Numbered from the stretch's first letter, positions 48,521 to 62,425 are shown. The stretch is DNA of 64,000 nucleotides from Octopus sinensis (GCF_006345805.1 NC_043005.1:3348001-3412000); one strand, 5' to 3'. Notes: generated by a model from the letters alone, not told the origin. Numbers and translations are program-made.

Positions 48521-49991
48521 GTCTTGTAGCAATATTGTGTAACCATTAATGTTAGTTGATTGAGAACCATGATTCCCTGTTTGAGGCTCTGTTTTATCAC
48601 ACATTCCATTTGGAAACTCTCATCTTTAATTGATTTCAAGTCATTCTTTGGATACATTCCATTAAATTCTTGTTGATCTTCTTCATGAGAATCTTTTAAA
48701 ATTTACACTCCCTTATCATTTATAAAAAAAAAAAAAGCATTGTTTTTGTATTGATGCTGTAAACAATTGACTGAGAATGTTCATCATTGTCATCATAATC
48801 ATCATCGTTATCATCAGTGTTGTATGCTAGCATAGGTTGGACAGTTTGGCAGGGTCCAGTGGCTTCAAGAACTGTATTGTGTTCCTGTGTCTACTTTGGT
48901 GTGGTTTCTATGGCTGGATGGTGTTGCAGAGTGCACAGGGTACACCAGCTCTCTCAAGAGTACGTAACCATAGGAGTAAGGGTGGTGGGCGATTGGAGTT
49001 TAGGGACAGCTTTATGTTAGTACACGAGGGATTAAAGTATGAGTAGGTATGGGTTGGGGGAGCTACATGGCTACTAACTTTTAGAAAAGAGGATGAGAAT
49101 GTTCTGCAGTAGCTGCAAAAAAATAGTTGAAAAATTGGAAAAAATACTCAAAAAGAATATCTAAAACAGTGCTTGTATGAGAACCAACATTTGTAAACAA
49201 CCTAATTCTGCACTGACGGCCTATCTTTACTCAGATTGGCTGATCTATTTTTGGTTTGACTGCATTTGAAGAGGGTGGGGGGATTGGGATCACACATTCT
49301 TGCTTTATCATGAATTTGGCTGAATGTCAAGTCTGAAATTGCCAGTAAGCCTGGAATACAGCCTGAGCAGGTTATGGTTGTTTCTCCCCATGGCCAGACA
49401 TGTTTTCATGGAATATTGGAAATGAATGACACCACTTCAGTAACGATGAAACTTGTTTACAGCCATCATGTAATGTCAAGACAAAGAGATATAAACACAC
49501 TCAAGGTTTTGGTTGGCTATAGCTGGGGCTATAGTCAAAGACACCAGCCCAAGGTACTTTGCAGTGAGACTGAACCCCCGTATCATGTGGTTTGAAAGTG
49601 AACATCTTAACCACACAGCCATGTCTGCATCTATATATACATCTTCATGCACACATATACACCAGTGCTAACATGCTATCTTAAAGATAGCATTTGAGCA
49701 GTGACGTGGATTTTGTCATGCAGAGACTATTATGTAGTGTATATTTTTACATTGGAGTAAGGGAGCAAATAGTGAAATACATAAAGCCAAGTGAATATAT
49801 GACAAAGAAAGTTTTGTAAGTTACTGACTGAGAATATTTCTCTTTGGTTAGAACACTTATGGTTGTTGCTTACCTCTAGGTCAGCCATGATCAAGCAGAC
49901 TTAGGATGAATGTCCTCAAACTATGACCGTCTTTTTGTATATGATGGGCTGCATTCTCTAATTATGGACTATATTCCTTTTTGAAAGCATA

Positions 49992-50024
<33 letters not shown>

Positions 50025-50139
50025 TTTCATTTAATGTCTGTTTCCCATGTTGGCATGGGTTGGATGGTTTGACAGGAGCTGGCCAAACTGGAGTGCTACA
50101 CTAGGCTCCATTTGTCTGTTTTGGCATGGTTTCTACAGC

Positions 50140-52110
50140 TTGATGCACCCCAAGCAGGTCTCTGGTTTGTTTGAAGAGCTCTAGGCCCTTGGAATCTAAG
50201 TTATTGTAGTATCTGGTCCTGTGTCTTGTTGGTGATGTTAGGATCTTTGGCACTAGGCAGTGGTGCCCCATTTTACTGTATGTGTAACTTTCAGCACCAA
50301 AATTTGAATCAAGTCCTTCCTGGATTTTCCAGATGTATATCACTGCATAGCTTTCCTGCCTTCATTCTGGGGCATAGAGTCTTAACATTTTCAGTCTTAC
50401 CCAGTAGCCAACATGTTGCATTGAGATGATTTTCCTTGCGTAGCTTCACTGGATTGCTTTGAGTTCTGCCTCTGTGACCATAGCTGGGAGCAGTAGTCTA
50501 AGCAACTGGGGGCATATGTCCTCCAGAGGACCATCATGGTTTCTTTTGTTCTGAAAGTTGTAAGGATCTATCCAGCCAGCTGCCTGCATTTTATTGCCAA
50601 CTTAGTAATATGGAAAGATGCATTATTGCTTATGTCGATGTATCATTACTCATATCAATGCTCAGGTTGCACACTGATTTTGATTCAGAGACTGCAATCT
50701 CTCCTGGGCCAGTGAATCCTGTCTGCATTTCATTCAGCTTTATATGCTATTAGAGCAGGGCCTAGCATTTTCCAGCATTAAACTGCTTCATATTGACCTC
50801 AGCCCACCTGTATATTGTATCCAACGCCTGTTGCAGGTGTGCAATATCACCAGGGTTCCGTATTCTCTGAGAGACTTTTGTATCATCTGCATGGCTAGCA
50901 AGGGTGGCTATCTGAGTAGCTGAGAGCATGTCTGAGAGGGCCACTATGGATACCAGTGACCCTAAGACAGCACCTTGTGGAACACCACTCACTATTTGTG
51001 TTTCCTTAGAGGTGGTTCCATTGGCTGCTACTGCTTGACTTCTATCTTTTAAAAATTACTGTAGCCACTCTCCAAGTTTTCTAATTATGCTGAGATCATG
51101 CAGTTTGTGATTTATCACACCATAGTCGATTTTATTAAAGGCTTTTGCAAATTTGAGATATATCACATCCATATATGAGTTGTTGAGCATTTGCTTTAAC
51201 ACCGAGTCATAGTGCTGCAAGACTATAGTGCTGTGTCAGGCAGCTTGTATTTGATCAGAAAACTGTGCTGGATGTCAGTCAGCAAATCATTCTCTTCAAG
51301 GAATGCAATTAATTTCCTTTGGTTTATTCATTCCAAGACTTTGCTCATTTCATCTACTCTCCTTCCTCCTTAAGGAATAGGGCATATTATTCCCTTCCTC
51401 AATTTGCCTGGGAGCTTACCACTTACAAGGAAGCTCTGAAAAAGAAGCTACAGTGGTTTTGCAAGGACTCGTTTGCATGATTCAAGAAAGATTGCTGGGA
51501 ATCCATTAGGGCCAGCAGCTTAGTTTACATCTGCCTCATCTATGGCCGGGATTACATTTTCTTTAAAGTTGATCTAATCAGTTATTATCACCTCTTTGGT
51601 GAAGTAACAAAGAAATCTGCTGCTTTCTTCACTTGCCTGTGTCCCAAGGGGGTAGTCAACACACTTTTGAACTGTTTGTTCAGTATTTCACTTACCCTCA
51701 TTGGGTTTCCTGTGAGGGAGCCATCCTCTTGGAAGAGGTGCCCCCCCCCCCACTATCTTGTAGTGTACTGAGGTTGTTTCTTTGGCAAAGTTAAAGAAAG
51801 CTTTAGGGTTTGATTTAATATTTTTTCATAACTCATACCTCTTTGCTCTCACTTTTTCATGGGATTGTTGCAGATTTCTTCTCAATCTCTAGCTGTATTT
51901 GTTTTCAGGCAGGACTTTTCACTACTTTTTAAGATGTTTGTTCAGGCAGTTTGCAATCTTTGTCATCTCATAAGAATTTTCCTCTCCCTGGGGATTTCAT
52001 TCTTGTGTGTGTTAATCTTGTGCTCTGACACAGATATGTTTTTTATGGCTTGCATTTTGGATATAAGATGTTTAAGTTCTGTATCAATATCTGGTGTGAA
52101 GAGACATTTA
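50140..52110 (-). mobile_element. CR1-clade LINE, degraded ORF2 with internal gap
   Basis: SGVPQGAVLGSL...HADDTKV...YRWAEVNMKQFNAGKC (50762-50992) and IYIWKIQEGL C-terminus (50140-50343). Confidence 0.82.
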
Positions 52111-52155
52111 GGCCAATCCTAACTATATATGAAAACAAATGATGCAAACTGCATG

Positions 52156-52189
<34 letters not shown>

Positions 52190-52191
<2 letters not shown>

Positions 52192-52815
52192 TGTGACTGA
52201 GAAGACTCAGCAACTAAAGTGAGATCACAGCCATGGCTGAAGCCAGTGTTGCATGTCTGGCCCATTTAAGAGTACACTTGATGCATCAGGTGATATGATA
52301 TGCTTGAGAAGACCTGTTGAGTTAAGTAAAACCAAAATCATAGCTGTGCTAGTGTCCTCTGACTGGCTCCTGTGCCTGTGGCAGGTAAAATGTACCATCC
52401 GAACGTGGTTGATGCCAGTGCCCCCTAACTGGTTCCTGTGCTGGTGGCACGTAAAAAGCACCATCCAAACATGGTCGATGCCAGGTCTACCTGACTGGCT
52501 CCTGTGCTGGTGAAATGTAAAAAATATCATCCAAATGTGGCTGATGCCTGTGCCCCCTGACTGGCTCCCGTGCAGGTGACACATAAAAAGCACTATCTGA
52601 ATGTGATGGATGCCAGGGTCACCTGACTGGCTCTTGTGTCAGTGGCATGTAAAATGCACCCACTACACTCTGAGTGGTTGGCATTTAGGAAGGGCATCTA
52701 GCTGTAGAAACATTGCCAGATCAGATTGGAGCCTGGTGAAGCCACTGGCTTTCCAGACACCAGTCAAACTGTCCAACCCATACCAGCATCAAAAACAGAC
52801 GTTAAACAATGATGT
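52190..52815 (+). mobile_element. RTE 3' UTR (family E) with about six tandem internal units
   Basis: Begins GCTGTGACTGAGAAGAC, as just after the ORF2 of the RTE at 10915; ends GTTAAACAATGATG. Confidence 0.82.
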
Positions 52816-52832
52816 TGATATATATGCATATA

Positions 52833-52991
52833 GGTGCAGGTGTGGCTGTGTGGTAAGTAGCTTGTTTACCAACCACATGGTTCCGGGTTCAGTCCCACTG
52901 CGTGACACTTTGGGCAAGTGTCTTCTACTATAGCCTCAGGCGGACCAAAGCCTTGTGAGTGGATTTGGTTGATGGAAACGGAAAGAAGCTC

Positions 52992-53032
<41 letters not shown>

Positions 53033-54682
53033 AGAGTTTATGACAAAAACAAAAGATAAAGACAGGTGGTGTACAAAACAAATAGATGTATTAGTATAAT
53101 GCTCAGGAATAGAAAAGTCTTTTACATTACGAGCCTACGCTCTTCTACAGAAAGGGACACAGAAAAAACAAGGAGAGAAAAAAATGTGTGTAGTGGCTAA
53201 CAATCTATCATGGCGACTGATATATATATCAGTAGTAACCATACCACTATACTAGAAATAGACAGGATGTGTAGCTTAAACTCATCTGTCACAGTTGTAC
53301 TTCTAACTGTACACATAGGAAGGACATCTGGTCATAGAAAACCTCCCTCAACAAATGCTGTCCGATCCATGCAAGCATGGGAAAATGGATGCTAAACTTA
53401 TGAAGATAGACATGCAAAGCAGTGAGGCTGAGGAGTGGTAATGGAGACAATCTCCCACTACTAAGAAGTCCTTTTGAAATCGTATCTTTAGAACACAAAC
53501 TGGTGATGTTTACCTTCATACAATATCAGATGAGAATTCACTCAGTCTGTCCCGGTAGAGAGTGGAAACCATAGCAGATGAGGTGGTATGTGTGACACAT
53601 GCAGAGGAGTAATTGCAATGCTTCATGGACAGTTTGACCATCAGTCTGAAGAGGATGGAAGTGTTGGGATGAGGTGCTGAGCGCCATTAGCATTAACTAC
53701 AAGCTGGAGGTTGTCCATGCGCTCACTCGTCTCACTTCCCACAACCTTTCTCTAGAGCCTGAAATCAACAGACATATCGAAGGAGTTGCCTCAAAATTTG
53801 TTGGGTCAAACAAAGTCTGGATGGACAGTGAACTAATTATGCACATCAAGGTTGCAGTCTTTAGCACATATACTGTTGAATGGCAGTGAAACTTGGAGCA
53901 TCTATTCTTGGACAAAAATGGCATCTCAGTGGCTCACACCCAAATAGCCAGCTTCTTCATCCTACTTCCAACAACAATTCCTCCATTGGCTGGGTCTGGC
54001 ATGCCAGATGGCAGAATCCTGAAAGAACTACTCATTGGGGAATTGGCCTCTAGTAAAGAGAACACAAGCATGTCTTCATCTTCATTTCAAAGCTGTGTAC
54101 AAGTGAGAGAGCAATGCTGGTGAATGCTAATGAAGCTGACTGGCAGACAGTCTTCAAATAGCATAACCTCAGCCAAGCCTGTCACTTGTATGTGACTGTC
54201 TGTAGTCAGGGTGAACACTGATGTGCTACCAACAAGACATCCTGTCTATTTCTAGTATAGTGGTATGGTTACTACTGTACTTTATATATATATATATATA
54301 TATATATCAGTCGCCATGATAGATTGTTAGCCACTACACACATTTTTTTCTCTCCTTGTTTTTTCTGTGTCCCTTTCTGTAGAAGAGCGTAGGCTCGAAA
54401 TGTAAAAGACTTTTCTATTCCTGAGCATTATACTAATACATCTATTTGTTTTGTACACCACCTGTCTTTATCTTTTGTTTTTTTCGTAAACTCTCCCTAT
54501 ATATATATATATATATATATAAAACGAGCTTCTTTCAGTTTCTGTCTACCAAATCCACTCACAAGGCTTTGGTCCACCCGAGGCTATAGTAGAAGACACT
54601 TGCCCGAAGTGCCACACAGTGGGACTGAACCTGGAACCATGTAGTTAGAAAGCAAGCTTCTTACCACACAGTCACACCTGCA
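52833..54682. repeat. ~440-bp inverted duplication (SINE A + Penelope-like fragment) around a ~970-bp spacer
   Basis: 52833-53270 is the reverse complement of 54237-54682. Confidence 0.9.
53660..54130 (+). mobile_element. Degraded RTE (BovB-like) ORF2 fragment
   Basis: LEVVH...SLEPEINRHI and MPDGRILKELLIGEL motifs. Confidence 0.65.
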
Positions 54683-54849
54683 AGAGTTTCCTGGTGAAGA
54701 TCCAAGGTGTTGCAAGTTAATGGATGCCTCCAAGATATATCATTGTCATCATTTTAACATCCAATTTTCCATGCTTGCATGGGTTGGACAGAATTTGTTG
54801 AGGTGTTTTTCTATGGCTTGATGTCCTTTCTATATATATATATATACGA

Positions 54850-55310
54850 GCAAAATGCCCTCCGTCTAATGGACAGTGCTAAGTTGTCAAACATTTAAAC
54901 CAAATTTTCTCAAAACAACTTGTCCAACTGTCCCATAGGCCTCCCCTTTGAGAAACACTGATTTAACCTAAATTTGAGACACCAGCAAAAGAAGAAATAA
55001 AATAACGATAGACTTTTTTTCTATTCTAAAGAAAAATGATTTTATTCACACAAATATGCAACCGAAGAGTTTAAAGTACCAGTAAGTACATCGCAACAGC
55101 TGATGTACTTGCGCGTACAAAGGCACGTTCCCACGGCTTTATCGATTGCATTCTCACCTGGAATCGATTTTTGTAATTTTTTCAAGACTTATACACGCCC
55201 TGATACCGTCAGTATCTACATATCAAATTTGAGCACAATTGGATGGAGGATGCCCAAGATCCTAGAAGACACACAGACAGACAGAATGGATTTTATATAA
55301 TATATATACA
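54850..55310 (+). mobile_element. Possible Helitron/Helentron-like non-autonomous fragment
   Basis: 9-bp hairpin AAGTACATC...GATGTACTT (55084-55110) and an ACAGACAGACAGA...TTTTATATA end; resemblance only. Confidence 0.3.
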
Positions 55311-55339
55311 TGTGTGTGTGTATATATATATATATATAT

Positions 55340-55770
55340 AATCATCATTGTTGTTGTTTAATGTCTGCTTTCCATGCTGGCATGGGTTGGATGGTTTGAC
55401 TGAAGGCTGACAAGCCAGAAGGCTGCACCAGGCTCCAATCTGACCTCTAACGCCAACCACTCTGAGAATGTATTGAGTGCTTTTATGTGCCACTGGCACA
55501 AGAGCCAGTCAGGCCATACTGGCAACAGCCACACTCAAAAGGTGTTTTTTACATGCCACCTGCATGGGAGCCAGTCCGGTGGCACTGGCAACGACCACAC
55601 TTGAATGTTGTTTCTCATATGCCAGTAAGGCAACACTGGCAATGATCACGCTCGAATGGTGCTTTTTATGTACCACCAGTACAAGATCCAGTTAGTGGCC
55701 CTGGCAGCGATCATGCTCGGATGGTGCTTTTAACGTTACACTGGCACGAGTGCCAATCAGGAGGTGCTGT
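55340..55770 (-). mobile_element. RTE 3' UTR-derived repeat (family E)
   Basis: Tail plus five or more GGTGCTTTT...TGCCAC units. Confidence 0.8.
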
Positions 55771-57946
55771 CATTGGTCCATCATCATCATTTAACGTCTG
55801 TTTTCCATGCTGGCATAGGTTGGATGGTTTAACAGGAGCTGACCAGCAGCAGAGCTGCACCAAGCTCCATTTGTGTTTTGGTGTGGTTTCTGTGGCTGGA
55901 TGCCCTTCCCAATGTCGACCATTTTACAGAGTGTGGACCAGGTGCTTTCTATGTGGCACCAGCACATGTATATATTGTATGTGTGCAGCTGTGTGGTTAT
56001 GAAGTGCCCTTCACAACCTCATGATTTTGAGTTGGATTTCACTATATGCTACTAATAGTGATACACTGAACTGACATTTACACACGCATACGCACACGGC
56101 TTCTTTGAGTTTCCATCTACCATATCCATTCAGAAGGTTCTGGTCAGCCAGGAACTGTAATAAAAGATGCTGATAGGTACCTTCTACTGCACCCCTGAGC
56201 TATTCAGTAGGACTGAACCCAAGACCACATGGTTGGGAAGCAAGCTTCTTAACCACACAACTTGATCCAAGTCCTGTATTTATATTTTTTCTATTGCTTC
56301 TTCCCTTCACTTGTGATTCTTATTCTTCATCTGGCCTGGCGAATATAACAAGGAGACTGGTTTGCATGGCTGTGGAAATACAATGTGCCAGTACCTTGAT
56401 CCAGAGTATTTGGTTGTTAGACCTGTCCTTGTTTATTCAGCCAGCCGTATCAACTGTGGGTCAATGTACTGTTTTATTTTCTGTGTTTCTAAAGTACAAA
56501 TAAGCTGGTTGTTATTTTCTATTATTTTAAATAGATGAGGAAAGAGTGTCTTCCTGGATAGGACACCAGTCTGTTAAAAGTAAGTTTACCATTGAGGAGA
56601 ATATAATCTAGCACTGCATGTGAAATAACAGCAGTGTAGCCATTGCTTACAGAGGGGAACAAACAATAGCACTCTGTGGTGGTAACTCACTTCACATTTA
56701 ATGGACTCTTGACAGTAATTGTTTATTAGCGTCCACTTTTCCATACATCCTCTTGGAACATGATATAGAATGATGATCTCTTGGCTGGTTATCCATCATC
56801 ATCATTTTAGCATTCGCTTTTCAATGCAGGCATGGAACATATGAAGGTTATTGGTTTTTTTTTTACATCACCAACCCTCACCTGTTTCCAAGTAAGGTAA
56901 TATTTCCCCCATGACCAGACATCTTCTTGTACAATATCGGAAATGAATAACACTGCGTATATGACGATGACACTCATTTATATCATGTGATGTCAAGACG
57001 AGGAATAAATACACCACACAACAAGCTTCTTTCAGTTTCCATCTATCAAGTTCACTCACAAGTCTTTGGTCGACCAGGAACTATTGTAGAAGACACTTGT
57101 CTAAAGTGTCACACAGCGGAACTGGACCCGGAACTGTGTGGCTGGGAAGCAAACCACTTAGATCTCAGCCAAAGCCAATGCCTTAGTCCTTTATTCAAGA
57201 CACCTGTGCTTGCTTAGATTTTCATATAAGTTTGTATGAGGGAATTTTCTAAAAACTTTATTTATCCTAAAAAAGAAGAAAGTACATTTGTTTTCTCATG
57301 TTTGTAAAATGAGCTTGGTTTGTAAGGCTTTAAGTAGGACAGGGGACATGTGTAAGGTCTAGGTACAAAGAAGAAGTTTGTAAGGACTAGGTAGGGGTTG
57401 AGGGTAAGAGGTTAGTCAGGTGATGAGAAGCTATGGCCAAGGGTTGACAAGTGCAGAAAACTGATATTGTTTGCTAAATAAAAGATAATGTGTTTGAGTG
57501 ATTATGTATTTTGGTGTAATTGTGGAGCAGTGAAAGAAAAGTGCACTGCGGAACTCCTCCTTGCTGTCCATGTGTAATTAACTGCTACTTCAACGCTGAA
57601 CCTGCTAACTGTTGTAAGATATTTTTGATGAATATTTGCAATTAGAAAACAAAAGGACAAATAGTAGTCTGTTTCTTTTAATAGATTATCATTCATGAAG
57701 ATGTCATGCACTGTGTGTGTGTGTGTGTGGAGAGAGATGAAAATAGAAAGAAAGTCAATGAAGAGACGTATAAACTAGATACAATATTGGTGGAAATATT
57801 AATTTTTTATTAAATTTTTAGTAGAAGCAGTTGGGTTTTTCGTTTGTTTATTTTCCCCTAAATCAGCGGAGGAGCATTGCTTATAAACTTTTCAAACTCA
57901 CTCAGATTGAAATAGCAAACCTTCACACAAACACATGAGCTCAACT

Positions 57947-58154
57947 TTAACCCCTTAGCATTTAAACCAGGCCATGTCAGGCCCAAATGTTTTACCCGAT
58001 TCAGCCTCTCACCCCTACCTTACAATGTTATTCTTAAAATAAGCTCTCACGTCATCAAAATCTTGAAGCTACAAGATAATACAGGATTTATTCTAAACAA
58101 TGTGAATCCATATGCTTCACATTTGACAGAGCAATCTGAATGCTAAATCGTTAA
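57947..58154 (-). mobile_element. piggyBac-type MITE (same family as 28201-28429)
   Basis: TTAACCCCTTAGCATT ... AATGCTAAATCGTTAA, TTAA at both ends. Confidence 0.8.
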
Positions 58155-58556
58155 ACTAAGGTCTTTCAGTGTGTTTAGAGGTTAAATGTTGGCATTAAGA
58201 GAGTTCCAGGTAAATGTTGTTGAGAAAAGAGTGGATAAAGTGTTGCTATGGAAGTGTAAAAAGTATTTGGGGATGATGAGGGTAAGGTAGAGATTGGTCT
58301 GTTGGTTATGTTGTGTTTATGAGTGGTATAAAGTGTGCTTGTAGTGAGGAAGAGCAGAAGTCAGCAACAAGTTGGTGCTTACGCTTCTGTACTTGACGTG
58401 TAACTGTGTCATTAAATCATTTGCTTCCCAAACTCATGGTTATCTGTTCAGTCTCATTCTGTGGCACCTTGGACAAGTATCTTCTATTGTATGCCTCAGG
58501 TTAACCAAAGCCTTGTCAGTGGATTTGGTTGATGGAAACTGAAAGAAACTTGTCAT

Positions 58557-58591
<35 letters not shown>

Positions 58592-58592
<1 letters not shown>

Positions 58593-60533
58593 TGGGTCAT
58601 CCCATTAATAATGTAGTTTTTTAATACCTTTATTTTTCAGAATTAAGATAAACAAAGTTCTTTTTTAATCTAAAACATACTCCCCTTCATTTTCTACAGT
58701 GCTCTTCCATTTATCTGGTAGACTTGCAAGGCACCTCTTCCAAATTTCATTTGTCCATGACGAACAATACTTCTTCGGCACTGTTCTGACTTCATCTACA
58801 GAATTCATATTTCTTCCGTCCAAATAATTTTGAAGACTGCGGAATAAATGCTGTTGACATCGTTTTATTGGACTTTGCCAAAGTTTTTGACTCGGTTAAC
58901 CACTGCCTATTACTTGTCAAGCTTCAAGCATATCGTTTCCATCCGGATATTGTACGATGGGTTGGTGCCTTCCTCTTAGATCGCTCCTTCCAAGTCCAAG
59001 TTAATGGTTCGCTGTCCTATGTCTCCAGTGCGAGCAGTGGCGTGCCTCAAGGTTCAGTGCTTGGGCTGTTATTGTTTTTAGTCCTCATCAGTGACTTGCC
59101 TGACAACCTCACACAACACACCCTTCTATTTGTCGACGATGTCAAACTGGTCGCTCCTTGCAGTGATATAGATGATCTTCGTCGATGCCTCCACCAAGTT
59201 TGGAGATGGTCAAACGAATGGGACCTGTGTCTGAACGTGTCAAAGTGCTGTCATCTGCCTGTTGGCTCCTCTCCTGCAACTCAACTTGATTTCGAGCCGG
59301 GTCGTCTGCTGCTGGAGAAGACCGACCAAGTAAAGGACCAGGGTATCTTGGTGGATTCTTCCTTTTCGCCTTCGGCTCAGTGCGTCCGTGCTGCCAACAA
59401 AGCACACGGAGTTCTGTTTTTGATTCGACGGTCATTCGGAAAGTTCACAGCAGCCATATTTCTACCGCTCTATGTCACACTGGTGAGACCCATATTGGAG
59501 TACGGGATTCAAGCCTCTTCTCCTTATCTCCTCAAAGACATACATCATCTCGAAAGAGTCCAGAAGCTGGCTTCCTGCATGGTTCTTGGTCTTAAGCATT
59601 TGTCTTATGAAGAAAGGCTGAAGACGCTCGACCGTTATTCTCTAGAAAAACGCCGCCGCCGTGGTGATCTCATTCTCGCTCATCATAAGCAGAAAGTGTA
59701 ACCTCTCGAAAGAACTGTTGTTCACTCCTGCTCCAGAGCGTGGGCTGCGGGGTCACTCCGAAAAGCTCTATCTACGATGATTTCATCTCAATAGAAGGAG
59801 AAGGGCTTTCTCCACCCGGGTTGCGGATCCGTGGAATAAGCTGCCGGACGAGATTGTGAAGATGCCGACGACCGTTCGGTTCAAAGTCTCTCTTGACCAG
59901 AAATGGCCTGAACTCTTTGTATAACCACCCTCCCTGTACATAACTCCCTGTCCCCCTACATGGCCCTGCTTTTGCTTTTTGAGCCAATGAAAATTGAATT
60001 GAATTGAAAAATGATAATCAGATGAGGCAATATCTAGTGTATATGGTGGGTCGGGCATCGTTTCCAAATCAAACTGCTCCAAGCTTTGGAATATCATCCT
60101 CGCTGTCTGTGGCCAAGCGTTATCCTCATGGAAGAACACCTTTCGTCTTGAAACCAATGATGGTCGTTTTTCTTCTAGTGCTGTCTTAAGCCACTCAAGC
60201 TGCTTACAGATGATCTCTTTTGCTATCGTTTGGTTTGGGTTTAAAAGTTTGAAGTGAACTTTCATATCCCATCAAACAGATAACACCACCTTATGTGGGT
60301 GAAGACCTTCTTTAGTCTGGGGTACAAAATATGCCGAAAATGTTCCTTTGTCACTTCCATTATAGCTTTGAGAAAGTAACTGTTAAAATCGAACTACACT
60401 CTTCAAAACTTGCACCAAAAATATGAGTAACTTCCTACTTTTAGAGCAAGTTGATAGAGGTAGTTTATCCCGTCCCCATCCAACTTCTAGTTTAGGCAGT
60501 AGAAAAAACTGCATTATTTATGGGAGGACCCAT
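58592..60533 (-). mobile_element. Internally deleted mariner, interrupted by a CR1
   Basis: 30-bp TIRs TTGGGTCATCCCATTAATAATGTAGTTTTT / rc ATGGGTCCTCCCATAAATAATGCAGTTTTT, TA on both sides; transposase remnants FHEDNAWPQT...DIASSDYH and LFRSLQNYLDG. Confidence 0.92.
58851..60008 (+). mobile_element. 5'-truncated CR1-clade LINE with (AATTG)n tail
   Basis: 277-aa ORF 58868-59701: DFAKVFDSV, GVPQGSVLG, FVDDVKL, VRPILEYG, YSLEKRRRRGDLI; AAATG TSD at 58846-58850 and 60009-60013. Confidence 0.93.
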
Positions 60534-60619
60534 TATATTGGCTACAAATAAACCTCTATATTATTTGGCTTTTGTTGATGGGCTCTCCACTCCCTTATCA
60601 GTGAGCTATGTGGAAGCTA

Positions 60620-61510
60620 GGGATAGATAAGTAGTTGGTGAGAGCTGTACAAGCCATGTACATGGATGTTGGCAGTAAAGTGAAGGCTAGCAATGAGTAT
60701 AGCAAGGAACTTAGTTTACAGGTAGGAATTCACCAGGGATCAGTTCTTGTCCCCCACTTGTTTATCATAGTCCTCCAGGCCATAACAGGGTAATTTAAGA
60801 CAGGTAACCTTGGGAGCTCCTTTACACTGAAGACCTTGTTCTTATTGCTGAATCATTACCAGGACTAGAGAAGAAATTTCAAGTGTGGTAGTAGGGTCTG
60901 GAATCAAAGGATTAATTTAGCAAAGACCAAAGTTCTAGTAAGTAGGAAAACAGACAGGTCACTGGTCCCTTCAGGGATATGGCCCTGCTCAACATGTAGG
61001 AAAGGTATGGTAGAGACTCCATCTCCATACGATGTACCCAATGCAAACTATGGACACAAAAGAGGTGCAGTAGTATCACAAAAAGGGATAACAGAGAAAG
61101 TTGTCTTTATATGTGGTAGATGTGCAGGTATATTAAACAGTAGCAATGTACACAAAACAGTCTCCTTTAAATGACAGGGAGGATCCTTAGAAGTAATAAA
61201 CAGTTTTTGTTACTTGGGTAACTAAGTTAGCAGTAGAGGAAGTAGTTCTGAAAGCGTACCTAAGAATGGGCTGGGCAAAGTTCAGAGAGTTACTACTTTT
61301 GTTAGTTAAAAAAGGGCCTCCGAGTGAAAGTGAAAGGCAGATTGTATGATGCCTGTGTACAAACAGCTATGCTACATGACAATGAGACATGAGCTGTGGC
61401 TGCTGAGGACATGTGAAGGCTTGAAAGACATGAAGCTGGCATGCTCTGCTGGATGTGCAATGTCAGTGTGCATATACAACAGAGGGTAGATAATTTGAAA
61501 GAAAAATTGG
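60620..61510 (+). mobile_element. Degraded RTE-clade LINE, RT region
   Basis: GIHQGSVL, LVLIAES, FCYLGN and KVKGRLYDACVQTAML motifs with stops and frameshifts. Confidence 0.82.
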
Positions 61511-61587
61511 GTATACAATATATATACATACATCATATACACACATCTATATATATGTATATCTGTATATATATATATATATATATA

Positions 61588-61885
61588 TCATCATCATCAT
61601 CATCATCGTTTAACGTCCGTTTTCCATGCTAGCATGGGTTGGACGGTTCGACCGGGGATCTGGGAAGCCAGAAGGCTGCACCAGGCTCCAGTCTAATCTG
61701 GCAATGTTTCTACAGCTGGATGCCCTTCCTAACGCCAACCACTCCGTGAGTGTAGTGGGTGCTTTTTACGTGCCACCTGCACTGGAGCCGGGCAAGGCTG
61801 GCATCGGCCACGGGCGGATTGGTGCATTTTACGTGCCACCTGCACGGAAGCCAGTCGAGGCGGCGCTGGCATCGGCCACGATTCG
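61588..61885 (-). mobile_element. RTE 3' UTR-derived repeat (family E)
   Basis: Near-identical to 20661-21022. Confidence 0.85.
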
Positions 61886-61892
61886 GATAGTG

Positions 61893-62292
61893 TCTTTTAC
61901 TCTTTTACTTGTTTCAGTCATTTGACTGTGGCCATGCTGGAGCACCGCCTTTAGTCGAGCAAATCGACCCCGGGACTTATTCTTTGTAAGCCCAGTACTT
62001 ATTCTATCGGTCTCTTTTGCCGAACCGCTAAGTGACGGGGACGTAAACACACCAGCATCGGTTGTCAAGCAATGCTAGGGGGACAAACACAGACACACAC
62101 ATACATACATATATATATATACATATATACGACAGGCTTCTTTCAGTTTCCGTCTACCAAATCCACTCACAAGGCATTGGTCGGCCCGCGGCTATAGCAG
62201 AAGACACTTGCCCAAGATGCCACGCAGTGGGACTGAACCCAGAACCATGTGGTTGGTTAGCAAGCTACTTACCACACAGCCACTCCTGCGCC
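61893..62292 (-). mobile_element. Full-length SINE family A (~400 bp)
   Basis: GGCGCAGGAGTGGCTGTGTGGT A-box region, GGGTTCAGTCCC B-box, CTTGGGCAAGTGTCTTC core, internal TA/CA microsatellite, (AGTAAAAG)n tail. Confidence 0.9.
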
Positions 62293-62325
<33 letters not shown>

Positions 62326-62376
62326 TATACACACACACACACCACACACACACACATGTATATGTATATGTATGTA

Positions 62377-62425
<49 letters not shown>

